From assembly GCA_943348815.1 (NCBI GenBank), contig CALQYT010000001.1:12488-76487 (forward strand): 64,000 nucleotides of DNA, in the 5' to 3' direction. Position 1 is the stretch's first letter. Every line of letters begins with the position of its first letter. The notes beneath the pieces were generated by a model. That model worked only from the letters and a program-made list of their open reading frames with translations. It searched no databases and had not been told where the DNA came from. This stretch comes from Candidatus Nomurabacteria bacterium. GTDB lineage: Bacteria; Patescibacteriota; Minisyncoccia; Phycocordibacterales; SBAW01. The position numbers and the translations under genes are program-made. Positions 34,244-42,975 of the stretch are shown in pieces.

Positions 34244-34378
34244 ATGTCAGTTACGTATCAACCTAAAAAACGTAAACGCGCCCGTTCACACGGATTTCTG
34301 AAGCGTAAATCAACGGCCGGGGGCCGCAAGACCGTTTTGCGCCGCCGCCGCAAGGGCCGCAAACGCCTGACGGCGTAG
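34244..34378 (+). CDS. rpmH: 50S ribosomal protein L34 (44 aa), not in the ORF track
   Basis: Translates to [44 protein letters not shown]. Sits in the canonical position upstream of rnpA and divergent from dnaA. Confidence 0.85.
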   Translation: MSVTYQPKKRKRARSHGFLKRKSTAGGRKTVLRRRRKGRKRLTA

Positions 34379-34440
34379 GTAGCAAGTAGCAGGTACCAAG
34401 TATCAAAAACTTGTTACTTGAAACTTGAGATTTGATACTT
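34379..34440. repeat. MITE-like GTATCAAG/CTTGATAC element, short empty copy, ending at the rnpA ATG
   Basis: agcaagtagcaggtaccaagtatcaaaaa | cttgttacttgaaacttgagatttgatactt has the same two halves as the copies at 13331 and 26507/26928. Confidence 0.5.
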
Positions 34441-34731
34441 ATGCTCTCAAAGAATCAGAGACTTAGAGCATCAGAGGTTCGTGAGATACTAAGCAAGGGT
34501 CGCTCGGTGCGCGGTACCGGTGTTTCGGCCAAAGTGCTGCCCGGCCGCCGCGCCGCTGCGGTGGTCGTAAGCTCTAAGGTGGCCAAGAGCGCGGTAGAGC
34601 GCAACCGCATCCGCCGCCTTGCCTACCGGGTGCTTGCCGGCTGTCTTCCCGAGGTCCGTGCCGCCTTCTTTATTGTCGACAAAAAATTTGAATCTGCAGA
34701 ACTTGTCACCCTATGTTCGAAACTATCTTAG
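34441..34731 (+). CDS. rnpA: ribonuclease P protein component
   Basis: MLSKNQRLRASEVREIL...NRIRRLAYRVL is an RnpA signature, and the gene follows rpmH. Confidence 0.8.
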   Translation: MLSKNQRLRASEVREILSKGRSVRGTGVSAKVLPGRRAAAVVVSSKVAKSAVERNRIRRLAYRVLAGCLPEVRAAFFIVDKKFESAELVTLCSKLS

Positions 34732-35447
34732 TACAGCCGATTTATAACCTGTTTATTGCCGCGGTGGGCGTTATGCCCCACGGCGACGCAGGCCTCGCTA
34801 TTATTGCGCTTACCTTCCTGATGCGGTTGGTACTGTACCCTGTGTTTACCGCCTCAATCCGCACGCAAATGGGCATGCAAGCGATGCAGGGGGACCTCGA
34901 TATAATCAAAGTTGAGCACAAAGACGACAAAGAGCGTCTCGCTCGCGAACAAATTGCCCTGTTTAAAAAACACAAAGTTAACCCCCTCGCAGGTTTTTTG
35001 GCACTCTTTATTCAGTTGGTTGTTTTGATTGCTTTATACTTCGCGCTCTTTCGTGAACATTTCCCTCAAATTGATACCGCGCTGCTGTATCCTTTTGTGC
35101 ACGCGCCCTCAGTCGTGTCGACCAACTTTTTTGGTTTGATCGACCTGCTGACACCCCACCACCTGGTGTTGCCTCTTTTAGTTGGTGCAACACAATTTGC
35201 CGCGATATGGCTCACACTTGGCCGCACCCCTTCCCCGCAAGGCGGCGGTGACAAAGCTGCGGTTGCACGCATGCAGCAACAAATGATGCTCTACTTTATG
35301 CCCGCGGTAATGGTGGTCACGACCTACTTTTTTGCCGCTGCGGTTGGCGTTTACTTTGTTGCTACCAACCTTTTTTCGGTCGGCCAGGAGTGGCTGATCC
35401 GTCGGGAGTTAAAAAACCTGCCGGCAGCCAGGCAGGCAAAAAACTAA
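34713..35447 (+). CDS. yidC: membrane protein insertase YidC (short form)
   Basis: ...MRLVLYPVFTASIRTQMGMQAMQGDLDIIKVEHKDDKERLAREQIALFKKHKVNPLAGFLALFIQL... matches the YidC/Oxa1 core, and the gene follows rnpA. Confidence 0.85.
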   Translation: MFETILVQPIYNLFIAAVGVMPHGDAGLAIIALTFLMRLVLYPVFTASIRTQMGMQAMQGDLDIIKVEHKDDKERLAREQIALFKKHKVNPLAGFLALFIQLVVLIALYFALFREHFPQIDTALLYPFVHAPSVVSTNFFGLIDLLTPHHLVLPLLVGATQFAAIWLTLGRTPSPQGGGDKAAVARMQQQMMLYFMPAVMVVTTYFFAAAVGVYFVATNLFSVGQEWLIRRELKNLPAARQAKN

Positions 35448-35481
35448 AAGTCTAGGTGGTCAAGTGTTTTGTTTTTGATTT

Positions 35482-35964
35482 TTGGTTTATAGTGCGTGCA
35501 TGGACGCCGCACTCCTTAAAAGCCTGGTAACCGAGCTCCTCACCCTTCTTGAGGTAGCCGTAGGTTCGGTGGAGGTTAAGACCGGTCACCGCACGTTGGT
35601 GCAAGTAACCTCTGAGGATTCGGCCCGACTCATTGGCCCTCAAGGAGAGAGCCTGCGCTCGCTCAATACCCTTGCCCGCCGGTTGGTTGAGGCTAAACAC
35701 GGCGAGCAGGCGGCCAACTTTTTAATTGACGTCAACGGCTATCATGAAGCGCAAATGGAAAAGGTACGCGCCCAGGCGCGCATGATGGCACAGCGCGCAC
35801 GGCTTTTTAAACACGATGTCGAGATGAGCCCCATGAGCCCGTACGAACGGTTAGTGGTGCACGAACTATTTTCAGAAGATCCAGAAATTAAGACCGAGTC
35901 GGCAGGCGAAGGAAAGTTCCGCCACATTATACTCAAATACAAAGACGCCGGGTTTGTGAGCTAA
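35482..35964 (+). CDS. jag: Jag/KhpB-like KH + R3H domain RNA-binding protein
   Basis: KH region (...VQVTSEDSARLIGPQGESLRSL...) and R3H region (...MSPYERLVVHELF...) in the canonical rnpA-yidC-jag order. Start may instead be the ATG at 35500. Confidence 0.7.
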   Translation: MVYSACMDAALLKSLVTELLTLLEVAVGSVEVKTGHRTLVQVTSEDSARLIGPQGESLRSLNTLARRLVEAKHGEQAANFLIDVNGYHEAQMEKVRAQARMMAQRARLFKHDVEMSPMSPYERLVVHELFSEDPEIKTESAGEGKFRHIILKYKDAGFVS

Positions 35965-37181
35965 TTAGTTAAGCGGATCGTCCACAGCGAGCGGTCGCCT
36001 TTGCGCACATAGGCCGCATAGTGGTCGTCTGGTGAGAGGGTGAGCGAGGCAAAGTCAGCTTGCTGGCCTCCGTCGGTAGAGCCCGGTACGGCGAGCGCCT
36101 GCCGCGCTCCCGTGGTGAGGTTGTACGAGAGCAGCGCGTCCGAGTAGCTCGCGGTCCCCATACGCCAAAGGTCAGGATAGTTAGGGGGCGCGCTACTATC
36201 GTAGGGCGCTCCGCAGTAGAGTACCGTGCTTGAGGCATTACCAAACGCACACTGCTCGGGCATTGGGGTAAGCACAAGGGGTAGCGCGATGCCGGTTTTA
36301 ATAGTGTAAGAGTACGTGGTACGTGAATCACCGCTCGTTTGGTACACCACATGCGCAAACGCGCGGTCGGCGATCGCGGTTAACCCCGCGCCAAAAAGGA
36401 TCGGGCTTGAAGCGCCGCTTTTGGTGTCGATGGCAAGTGCAATACCCGCGACACCACTTGCGGCTGCACTTTGTACCAACAAAGTTCCTGGTGCTGGCCA
36501 ACCAAGGGCTATCTGCGAGAGTGGGAGTGAAGTAAGTTTTTGTCCTCCCCCATTTGGTTTGGCGATAAAAATATCTGCGCCGCTTTGCGTTTTAACTACA
36601 TAGGCAATGTTGCTGCCGTCAGGTGCGACAGCCAAGCTACTGATGCTATTAGGTAAAAACTGTATGCGTGCAAGCGGCGTAGTAGTGCTGCCGGGTGTAG
36701 GGAGTGAAATATGCGCAGTTTTAACCGTGGTGCCATCGAGATACTGCACCAAAACGCCAGCCCCCCGCTCGCTCCAAAAAGCTTGGGCGATACCGGGCAC
36801 GGTGGTGTTGGAGAGCGCTTTGGGTATTGCGCCCGGCGAGTCAAGGGCCACTTCCATCACGTGGCCGTTCGATTGCAGCACATAGCGCGCCACGGTGGTG
36901 GTTGGGTGGCCGGTTTGCAACAGGACTGCCCCGGCAATAGGACCCTCGGCTATTTTAGTTATTTTTTGTCCAACCGAGTTGGTGTTTTGCACCGGTTGTG
37001 CGGTGTTGGTAGTTTGTTCTTGTGTTGCGGTGGTGGTAGTTTTTGTGCCACTTTCCCCAAAGCCGGTATTGGTTGTGGCAGTGGGTGGGGTCGCGGTTTG
37101 AGAAAATACAAACCACACTAGCAGCAGTGCGGCTACCGCTCCTAAACCGACGATGCTAAGAATTACTTTCCAGTTGTTCAT
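35961..37181 (-). CDS. membrane-anchored/secreted Thr-rich protein (last gene of the T4SS operon)
   Basis: N-terminal TM/signal MNNWKVILSIVGLGAVAALLLVWFVF, then a Thr-rich linker and a ~300-aa beta-rich domain. Confidence 0.45.
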   Translation of the reverse strand: MNNWKVILSIVGLGAVAALLLVWFVFSQTATPPTATTNTGFGESGTKTTTTATQEQTTNTAQPVQNTNSVGQKITKIAEGPIAGAVLLQTGHPTTTVARYVLQSNGHVMEVALDSPGAIPKALSNTTVPGIAQAFWSERGAGVLVQYLDGTTVKTAHISLPTPGSTTTPLARIQFLPNSISSLAVAPDGSNIAYVVKTQSGADIFIAKPNGGGQKLTSLPLSQIALGWPAPGTLLVQSAAASGVAGIALAIDTKSGASSPILFGAGLTAIADRAFAHVVYQTSGDSRTTYSYTIKTGIALPLVLTPMPEQCAFGNASSTVLYCGAPYDSSAPPNYPDLWRMGTASYSDALLSYNLTTGARQALAVPGSTDGGQQADFASLTLSPDDHYAAYVRKGDRSLWTIRLTN

Positions 37182-37183
37182 AG

Positions 37184-37747
37184 TTAGGAGGCGCCTGTGG
37201 GGCAGCCTACGGCGCCTGTGCAGTTTTTGGCCGGAGTAAACGAAGCGTTTATGCTTGCGGCGTCGGGTGCTGTTCCGGCGCCCGGGGTGGGCGTAGCGGC
37301 CGGTGCATTGCCGTTGCGTAAGTTATTGATATCGCTCCCTAGTTTATCTAATTGCAAAAGCTGGGGGTTAATAGTTTCGAGTATGAGCACGGACATCACC
37401 AACAATAGTAACCCCCACATCGCTGCTTTAGCACGCTCTTTGGCTCTAGAAATATCAACACCCGATTCTGAAACCATGTAGCCGATGCCCGCGACAACCA
37501 GCATCACTACGGCAAAGAGCGCGCCAAAGGTGAGTAGTAGCCGGAAGGTGTTGTTGACGAGCGCGCCAAAGTCGGTACCGCTTTGCCCGCATTTTCCAGC
37601 TCCGTCGGGGCACGGCAGCGGCTCGAGTGGTGTATACGTACACTGGCCACTTTTTGGGTCACAAAACGGTGCTGCGTGTGCATGCGGGGCGGCAATCACC
37701 CCAAGAAACAGTATGGTCAGTAGGCTGATTAAAAAGTATTTCTTCAT
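37184..37747 (-). CDS. T4SS pilin-like protein (TrbC/VirB2-like topology: signal peptide + two TM helices)
   Basis: Signal peptide MKKYFLISLLTILFLGVIAAPHAHA, a Cys-rich segment, two TM helices (FRLLLTFGALFAVVMLVVAGIGYMV and AMWGLLLLVMSVLILETI), then a Pro/Ala/Thr tail. Confidence 0.4.
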   Translation of the reverse strand: MKKYFLISLLTILFLGVIAAPHAHAAPFCDPKSGQCTYTPLEPLPCPDGAGKCGQSGTDFGALVNNTFRLLLTFGALFAVVMLVVAGIGYMVSESGVDISRAKERAKAAMWGLLLLVMSVLILETINPQLLQLDKLGSDINNLRNGNAPAATPTPGAGTAPDAASINASFTPAKNCTGAVGCPTGAS

Positions 37748-39402
37748 AGGCCAAAGAGATTAAGTAGCGGTGTGCTCGATTGAGCGCCAAAAACCAACTG
37801 CAATGAGCGCTGCGCGGTTTGTACAAACTGGTCAGGGGTCGAGTTTTGTACCGAAACACCGAGTGTAGCGACTCCTTCCCCCGATCCTGCTTGGCGTAGC
37901 GTCAGCAAGCCCTGCGCGGCATCAGGACCGGTTGTCTGTTGTTGATTTAGTGTCCACACAAACGGAATGGCTCCTTGGTTGCGCGCGGTTGTTGAAAAAA
38001 AGTACGGTTCAGCTTTGACCGTAATTTCTTTACCCACTAACGAGAGGGCCTCAGGAAGTGCGGCGTCATATAGGGTGCCACGCAGGGCATCGTATTGATA
38101 AAACAAAACTTGAGGATTGCTCGTCGGGATCGATATCGCCGCCCTCCCCACCCTGTTATTGCCGTAGTACACTTCTACCCCAACATCCTCGGCCGCTTGG
38201 AGCTGGTCGCCCGCGTAGCTGAAGGTGTTACGCCCAAGGCCCGACTGCTCGGGCACAGCATCACCGTTGCGCGTCCATTGGTATGAGAGTGCTTGGGGGA
38301 GCACGCGCGCACCACCGGAGTAAACCGTGGGGAACGCAACTACTTTGTATAAAGAGCCGGCGCTGTAAAGCGCTTTGCCGGTATAAAACGGTGGTACGGT
38401 AGTGTCTGCCTCCCACAACAAGTTGATGCGCGAGGGCGTGAAGCTAAAGGTTTGGGTAAAAAATCCTTGCGAGGAATCTGTTGAGACTTTGATAGTAGTT
38501 TTTTCTCCCAAGTTGCCGGTGACAAACGTGTAGCGACGCTCGCCAACACCTTCTTTCACCGTCTTACCGTCTTGCGTCCATGCCAGAGTGGCACTGCCCA
38601 AAAAAGAGCCAACACCCTGCACCTCAATAGTGACACTTTCATGCGGTCCGGGCACCTCCGGGTTGACGACGTATTGTATTGGCGGCGGCACCGCCTGCGC
38701 GTGCGCGGTGAGTCCTAAGCAAAGTAAGAGTGCCAGCGCCGCGCCCTTCATAGCGGGTTTGATGTCAGCAAAGCGGTTCGACAATAGAGGGGTGCGCGGA
38801 GAATTTTTTTGTTTTTCTTCCTCCTCTGGTGTTTGTTGTCCAGTTTGTGGTCGCCCTCGATTTATATTGGCCGCTTGTACTCCCACGTTGGCAACTTTTT
38901 GTACCAAATCGCCACCAGGCAAGAGTCCCAGCGCAGTACTGAGCAGCGTGCTGCCCTGCTTTAGCCCACCTTGCTCATGGCGCTTGATGCAGCGGCGCAC
39001 CATAATAGTCCATGCTGGTACAAAGCTACTCAAAATAGGAATCACTTTAAATACCGAACTACGGAAGAAAAGATCGGGATAAAACATACCACCCCACGCA
39101 AGACCCAGCACCAACACACTGCCAAAGGTAATGCCGATGAAATAGCCTACCGCAGCTCCTAGTGGCACCGCAAAGGCGCTTGCGGCCGCTCCCATAACTC
39201 CTCCGGCAACGGCACACGCAGCTCCGTTAGTAATTCCTTCCACAATACCTCCTGAGAGGGTCCAACAAATATATCCGCCCCCTAACGCTCCTGCCGCGCC
39301 GCTGCCATAGGGTGTAGCCCACTGGAGTGCAAGGAAAATAAAAAAGAAAATAAATTGCAGGGTGTCGGTGATCAATGCCAGACCGATCAAAAACCACTTC
39401 AT
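37744..39402 (-). CDS. T4SS-operon membrane protein (Gly-rich polytopic N-domain + internal signal-peptide-like segment + ~300-aa extracytoplasmic domain)
   Basis: 552 aa. The N-terminal 150 aa hold Gly-zipper TM helices. At ~aa 225, MKGAALALLLCLGLTAHAQA looks like a cleavable signal peptide. ATGA overlap with virB4. Confidence 0.5.
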   Translation of the reverse strand: MKWFLIGLALITDTLQFIFFFIFLALQWATPYGSGAAGALGGGYICWTLSGGIVEGITNGAACAVAGGVMGAAASAFAVPLGAAVGYFIGITFGSVLVLGLAWGGMFYPDLFFRSSVFKVIPILSSFVPAWTIMVRRCIKRHEQGGLKQGSTLLSTALGLLPGGDLVQKVANVGVQAANINRGRPQTGQQTPEEEEKQKNSPRTPLLSNRFADIKPAMKGAALALLLCLGLTAHAQAVPPPIQYVVNPEVPGPHESVTIEVQGVGSFLGSATLAWTQDGKTVKEGVGERRYTFVTGNLGEKTTIKVSTDSSQGFFTQTFSFTPSRINLLWEADTTVPPFYTGKALYSAGSLYKVVAFPTVYSGGARVLPQALSYQWTRNGDAVPEQSGLGRNTFSYAGDQLQAAEDVGVEVYYGNNRVGRAAISIPTSNPQVLFYQYDALRGTLYDAALPEALSLVGKEITVKAEPYFFSTTARNQGAIPFVWTLNQQQTTGPDAAQGLLTLRQAGSGEGVATLGVSVQNSTPDQFVQTAQRSLQLVFGAQSSTPLLNLFGL

Positions 39403-41207
39403 AGTCCTGCCTCAGCCTTTTTTTGCCGCAGGGCCAAGACCTGCGATGGGTCAGACGTAATAATTTGATCTTCGGTATAGGACGCAATTACCTTGATAGC
39501 CACGTGCTTCATGCCGGCAAAAAAGATTCCCTCTCCCACGTCGCTCTCGAGTAATAGATATTTTTCTTCATCCGAAAGATTAAACGTTTTTTGCAGATTG
39601 TCGATCGTGGTTGGCGATTGTTTAAGCAATATCTGGATCGATGAGTTGGTGATCATCGGCAGGCCGTAGGGCGACTTTAGAAAGTCGTCCACGTCTTGGG
39701 TAATCGTGGCGAGGCCGAGATAATATTTGCGTCCACGTTTTGCCATCGAGTACAAAAAGCTCGCCGTGTCGTCGGACTTCATCATCCACCAGGCCTCGTC
39801 GATAACGAGGAGGCGTTTTTTCAGATTTTTGCGCACCGCATTCCAGATGTAGTGGGTAATCAGGTACATGGCGACGGGTTTGAGGTCATCCTCCATGTCG
39901 CGTACCGAAAACACCACAAACTTTTTGTTGATATCGACATTGGTCGGCTGGTTGATAAAGCCAGCCCAGGTGCCTTTAGTATATTTGCTCAGGCGTTGTA
40001 CCAATGACTCCGAGCCCTGCATGCCGGCGAGTACTAACTCAAAGTCGCTTAAGAGCGGCGGCTCTGTCTCCGCAAAGTTGGAGTCGACGGTAATATCCTT
40101 AAGCGCGTATGTTTCGCTAATCGCTTTGTCGATGATGGCGTCTTCTTCGGGCGTGAGGCCACCGAGCATAATCCGGAACATTCCTACGAGGGCGACGATA
40201 TTTGAACGCAAAATATCAGCCGGCGACTCGTCCTCGCGCGGCGGCGGTAAATCAAAGGGGTTGATGTGGTTTTCGGAGTTAAGGGAGATATTGAAGTAGC
40301 GTCCCCCTACCGTTTGGGCCAAAAATTCGTATTCGCGCTCGGGGTCTATCACGACCACCTCGGTATCAAACATCAGCGTACGCAAAATCTCGAGTTTGGT
40401 GGCGTAGCTTTTGCCCGAGCCCGATTTGGCAAAAATAACCGAGTTGTAGTTCTCTAACGAAAAGCGATCAAAGAGTACGAGCGATGCGTTGTGGCGGTTG
40501 ACGCCGTACAGTATGCCTTTGTCGGAGGTGAGGTCAAACGATACAAAGGGAAATATTGAAGAGAGCGGCGAAGAATTGAGCTTGGAGTTGACGTTGAGTT
40601 CGTCGTGCCCAAGCGGCATCACTGATTTAAAACCTTGTTCTTGTTGAAAGAGCGCAGGCTTAACATACACCAAGCGTGACTCGAGCATCGACTTTATTTC
40701 GCTCTCCGCTTTGTCTAACTCTTCCACCGACTCGCCATAGATAGTGATGTAGACGCCAACGTCAAAAAGTTTTTCTTGCGCCTGCTGCAGCTGATCACGT
40801 AAGGTTTCGAGGTCTTGATACGCGGTGTCCAAGACCGGGTCGCGCACGAGGCCCTTTTCCTCCCTCGTCATAATTTGTGACTGTACCTCGGCGACTTTCT
40901 TTTGAAACTTTTTGAGTATATCGGCCGAGTCTATTGGGTGGATAAAGATTGATATGTCGAGCACCCGGTCGAGGTTAATGATAGGCGAAAACCACGAGTC
41001 AGAAAGCACGCGCGGGTACGACATTACAAAGAAAGTGCGCGCAATTTTGTCGCCTAGGTTTATTTCGCGCGGCGTAATTTTAAGGGCCGAAGGTGCGATA
41101 ACATCTTGCAGTTCGAGTACCCCCTGTTTGTAAATAGCCTCGGGGAGTATCGGGGCAATCGGTGCCTCGGCTGTCTTTTTTTTGTTTAAAAAATCAAGTA
41201 ATGCCAT
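39399..41207 (-). CDS. virB4: VirB4/TrbE-family T4SS ATPase (Gram-positive TcpF/PrgJ-like, 602 aa)
   Basis: Walker A IFAKSGSGKSYATK, Walker B LLVIDEAWWMM, and the motif ...GLATITQDVDDF.... Confidence 0.85.
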   Translation of the reverse strand: MALLDFLNKKKTAEAPIAPILPEAIYKQGVLELQDVIAPSALKITPREINLGDKIARTFFVMSYPRVLSDSWFSPIINLDRVLDISIFIHPIDSADILKKFQKKVAEVQSQIMTREEKGLVRDPVLDTAYQDLETLRDQLQQAQEKLFDVGVYITIYGESVEELDKAESEIKSMLESRLVYVKPALFQQEQGFKSVMPLGHDELNVNSKLNSSPLSSIFPFVSFDLTSDKGILYGVNRHNASLVLFDRFSLENYNSVIFAKSGSGKSYATKLEILRTLMFDTEVVVIDPEREYEFLAQTVGGRYFNISLNSENHINPFDLPPPREDESPADILRSNIVALVGMFRIMLGGLTPEEDAIIDKAISETYALKDITVDSNFAETEPPLLSDFELVLAGMQGSESLVQRLSKYTKGTWAGFINQPTNVDINKKFVVFSVRDMEDDLKPVAMYLITHYIWNAVRKNLKKRLLVIDEAWWMMKSDDTASFLYSMAKRGRKYYLGLATITQDVDDFLKSPYGLPMITNSSIQILLKQSPTTIDNLQKTFNLSDEEKYLLLESDVGEGIFFAGMKHVAIKVIASYTEDQIITSDPSQVLALRQKKAEAGL

Positions 41208-41213
41208 AGGTTT

Positions 41214-41873
41214 TTAGCGTTGGGCGAGCTCTCCTACCTGCAGCGGCTTCTCCAACTCGCCGGGGTTAAAGAGTTTGTAGAATAATTCTATAACCTCTTC
41301 GGTACCGAGCTTGACCACCCGCACGCCGGTGCGCACCAAACCTTGCTCTATCACCGACATGCGCTGCTCAAGCTGGGTACGGTACTGCTCGAACACCTCG
41401 TCCGAAAGCGAAGTTTTTGCCGAGCTACTCCCCGGCAGCAAACTCCCCAGTATCCCCCCGCTGCGGTTAACGAGCGCCGGGTCGTAGGGTACGACGATAA
41501 AAAAGTTTTTGGTCATGATGTTGGCGCGCTCGGTAAAGTCTTTGATAAACGCAACATACTCGCGGATCTGGATCTTCATAAGATCATCGAGCTCAACTTG
41601 CAGGCGCTCTTGCAAGAGTGCGATGTAGGGGCGGATATCGAGTTCGCGACTTTCGACAAAAAACTGCGTGGTAAATTCGAGTGAGTTAAGAAAATTTTGG
41701 AACTGTCCCATGACCGCCTGTTGCTCGTCTTGTGATTTGAGCGCCAAGTTGATAGACGATGCCATCAAAAGTACCCGCAGCGAGCCGTCCTTAAGTATCA
41801 CTACCCCATCGCGTACTTCTTTGAGAGGTACGAAATCCTGGGTTGCTTGGGCTTTTACTTTAGTGTCGGCCAT
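41214..41873 (-). CDS. T4SS-associated protein resembling the VirB4 N-terminal (CagE/TrbE/VirB) domain
   Basis: ...DFVPLKEVRDGVVILKDGSLRVLLMASSINLALKSQDEQQAV... resembles the N-terminal region of VirB4 proteins. It ends 6 bp before virB4. Confidence 0.4.
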   Translation of the reverse strand: MADTKVKAQATQDFVPLKEVRDGVVILKDGSLRVLLMASSINLALKSQDEQQAVMGQFQNFLNSLEFTTQFFVESRELDIRPYIALLQERLQVELDDLMKIQIREYVAFIKDFTERANIMTKNFFIVVPYDPALVNRSGGILGSLLPGSSSAKTSLSDEVFEQYRTQLEQRMSVIEQGLVRTGVRVVKLGTEEVIELFYKLFNPGELEKPLQVGELAQR

Positions 41874-41876
41874 ACA

Positions 41877-42320
41877 TTAGATTGCGAAGTTTTCGTTTTT
41901 TGTGGTTCCGTTTTCGCGGTCTTTAATATTGAGCGACCACGACAAGTCTTTGAGTTTGCTTTGGGATAGTTTGGGTACGGGGAGCGCTTCGGGCTTGACC
42001 CCTGCCGGTTGTGTCGAGGAGGCTGCGTGTTGCTGCTGTTGCCAAAGGTAGAGTTTGCTGCCAAAAAAGTAATTAAAAGCGTGTTCCACCGCGTGTATGA
42101 GCGGCCGGCCGTTGACTTTAAAAAATGCCAACCCTATCGCAAAGGCGATGACGGGGATCGAGAAGACAACCGTAAGGTAGAGCGGCAGGAAGGTAAACAG
42201 CACTAAGCACATCCCGCCGGCGCCGCCGAGATAGACAAATTGTTTTAGCGTTAGGGGGCCAAAGATTTTGTCTTCGACCTCGATAAATTGAGGTACTTGA
42301 TACTGAGCCATCAGTATCAA
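41877..42320 (-). CDS. VirB3/PrgI-like small membrane protein
   Basis: 147 aa with two TM helices (...LGGAGGMCLVLFTFLPLYLTVVFSIPVIAFAIGLAFF...), positioned just upstream of the VirB4-related genes. Confidence 0.5.
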   Translation of the reverse strand: MILMAQYQVPQFIEVEDKIFGPLTLKQFVYLGGAGGMCLVLFTFLPLYLTVVFSIPVIAFAIGLAFFKVNGRPLIHAVEHAFNYFFGSKLYLWQQQQHAASSTQPAGVKPEALPVPKLSQSKLKDLSWSLNIKDRENGTTKNENFAI

Positions 42321-42335
42321 TTATACCGCCATTTT

Positions 42336-42956
42336 TTAATTGGTTGGCTCGCGATACGGATCTGCTTTGTACGGTTGAGGTTTAGCAGGCGTTGTGTCCT
42401 GGGGAGCCTTCGGCGGAGCCGGAGGTGGTGCCACACTTACGGTTTTTTGGGTGAGCATCATATCCGTCGGATGTATATCCGGAGCTTTGGCGGGTAGCGG
42501 TGCTGCTGGCATAACGGGTGCCGGTACACTTGGCGCGGCAGGTGCCGGTGGTGTTGGAGAGACAGGAGTTGTGGTCACGGGTGCCACGGTTTTGGGCGCT
42601 TTGGCTTCTTCTGCCAGTGTTTCCCGGAGGGCACGTTCTTCCGTAAACTCTTGCATTGACTGCCGTATCGGTACAAACAGCGCCTCACTAAGCTCACGCG
42701 CGATAGCCTCGGCTTTGTCTTGAGGTACCTTTACCTGTTTAGCGATAGTACCAGCAAACTCTGTAGGTTCGGTAAAGCCCAGCATAACCAGGTAGGTCTC
42801 GTCGCTCAGACTGCCAATCTGGTCTATATGGAGTGCATTCTTGACGCCGATTTCTTGTATTTTTTTATCCGCATCGGCAGAGGTAATTGCCCGCTGAACG
42901 TCTTGCGGTAGTTCTTCAAACCGTGCTTGAATTTTTTGTCGTACGTTTTGGTCCAT
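42336..42956 (-). CDS. hypothetical protein with Pro-rich C-terminal half
   Basis: Globular N-terminal region of ~110 aa followed by ...TPVSPTPPAPAAPSVPAPVMPAAPLPAKAP.... Confidence 0.4.
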   Translation of the reverse strand: MDQNVRQKIQARFEELPQDVQRAITSADADKKIQEIGVKNALHIDQIGSLSDETYLVMLGFTEPTEFAGTIAKQVKVPQDKAEAIARELSEALFVPIRQSMQEFTEERALRETLAEEAKAPKTVAPVTTTPVSPTPPAPAAPSVPAPVMPAAPLPAKAPDIHPTDMMLTQKTVSVAPPPAPPKAPQDTTPAKPQPYKADPYREPTN

Positions 42957-42975
42957 AGATTTATTCTAGTAAGGA

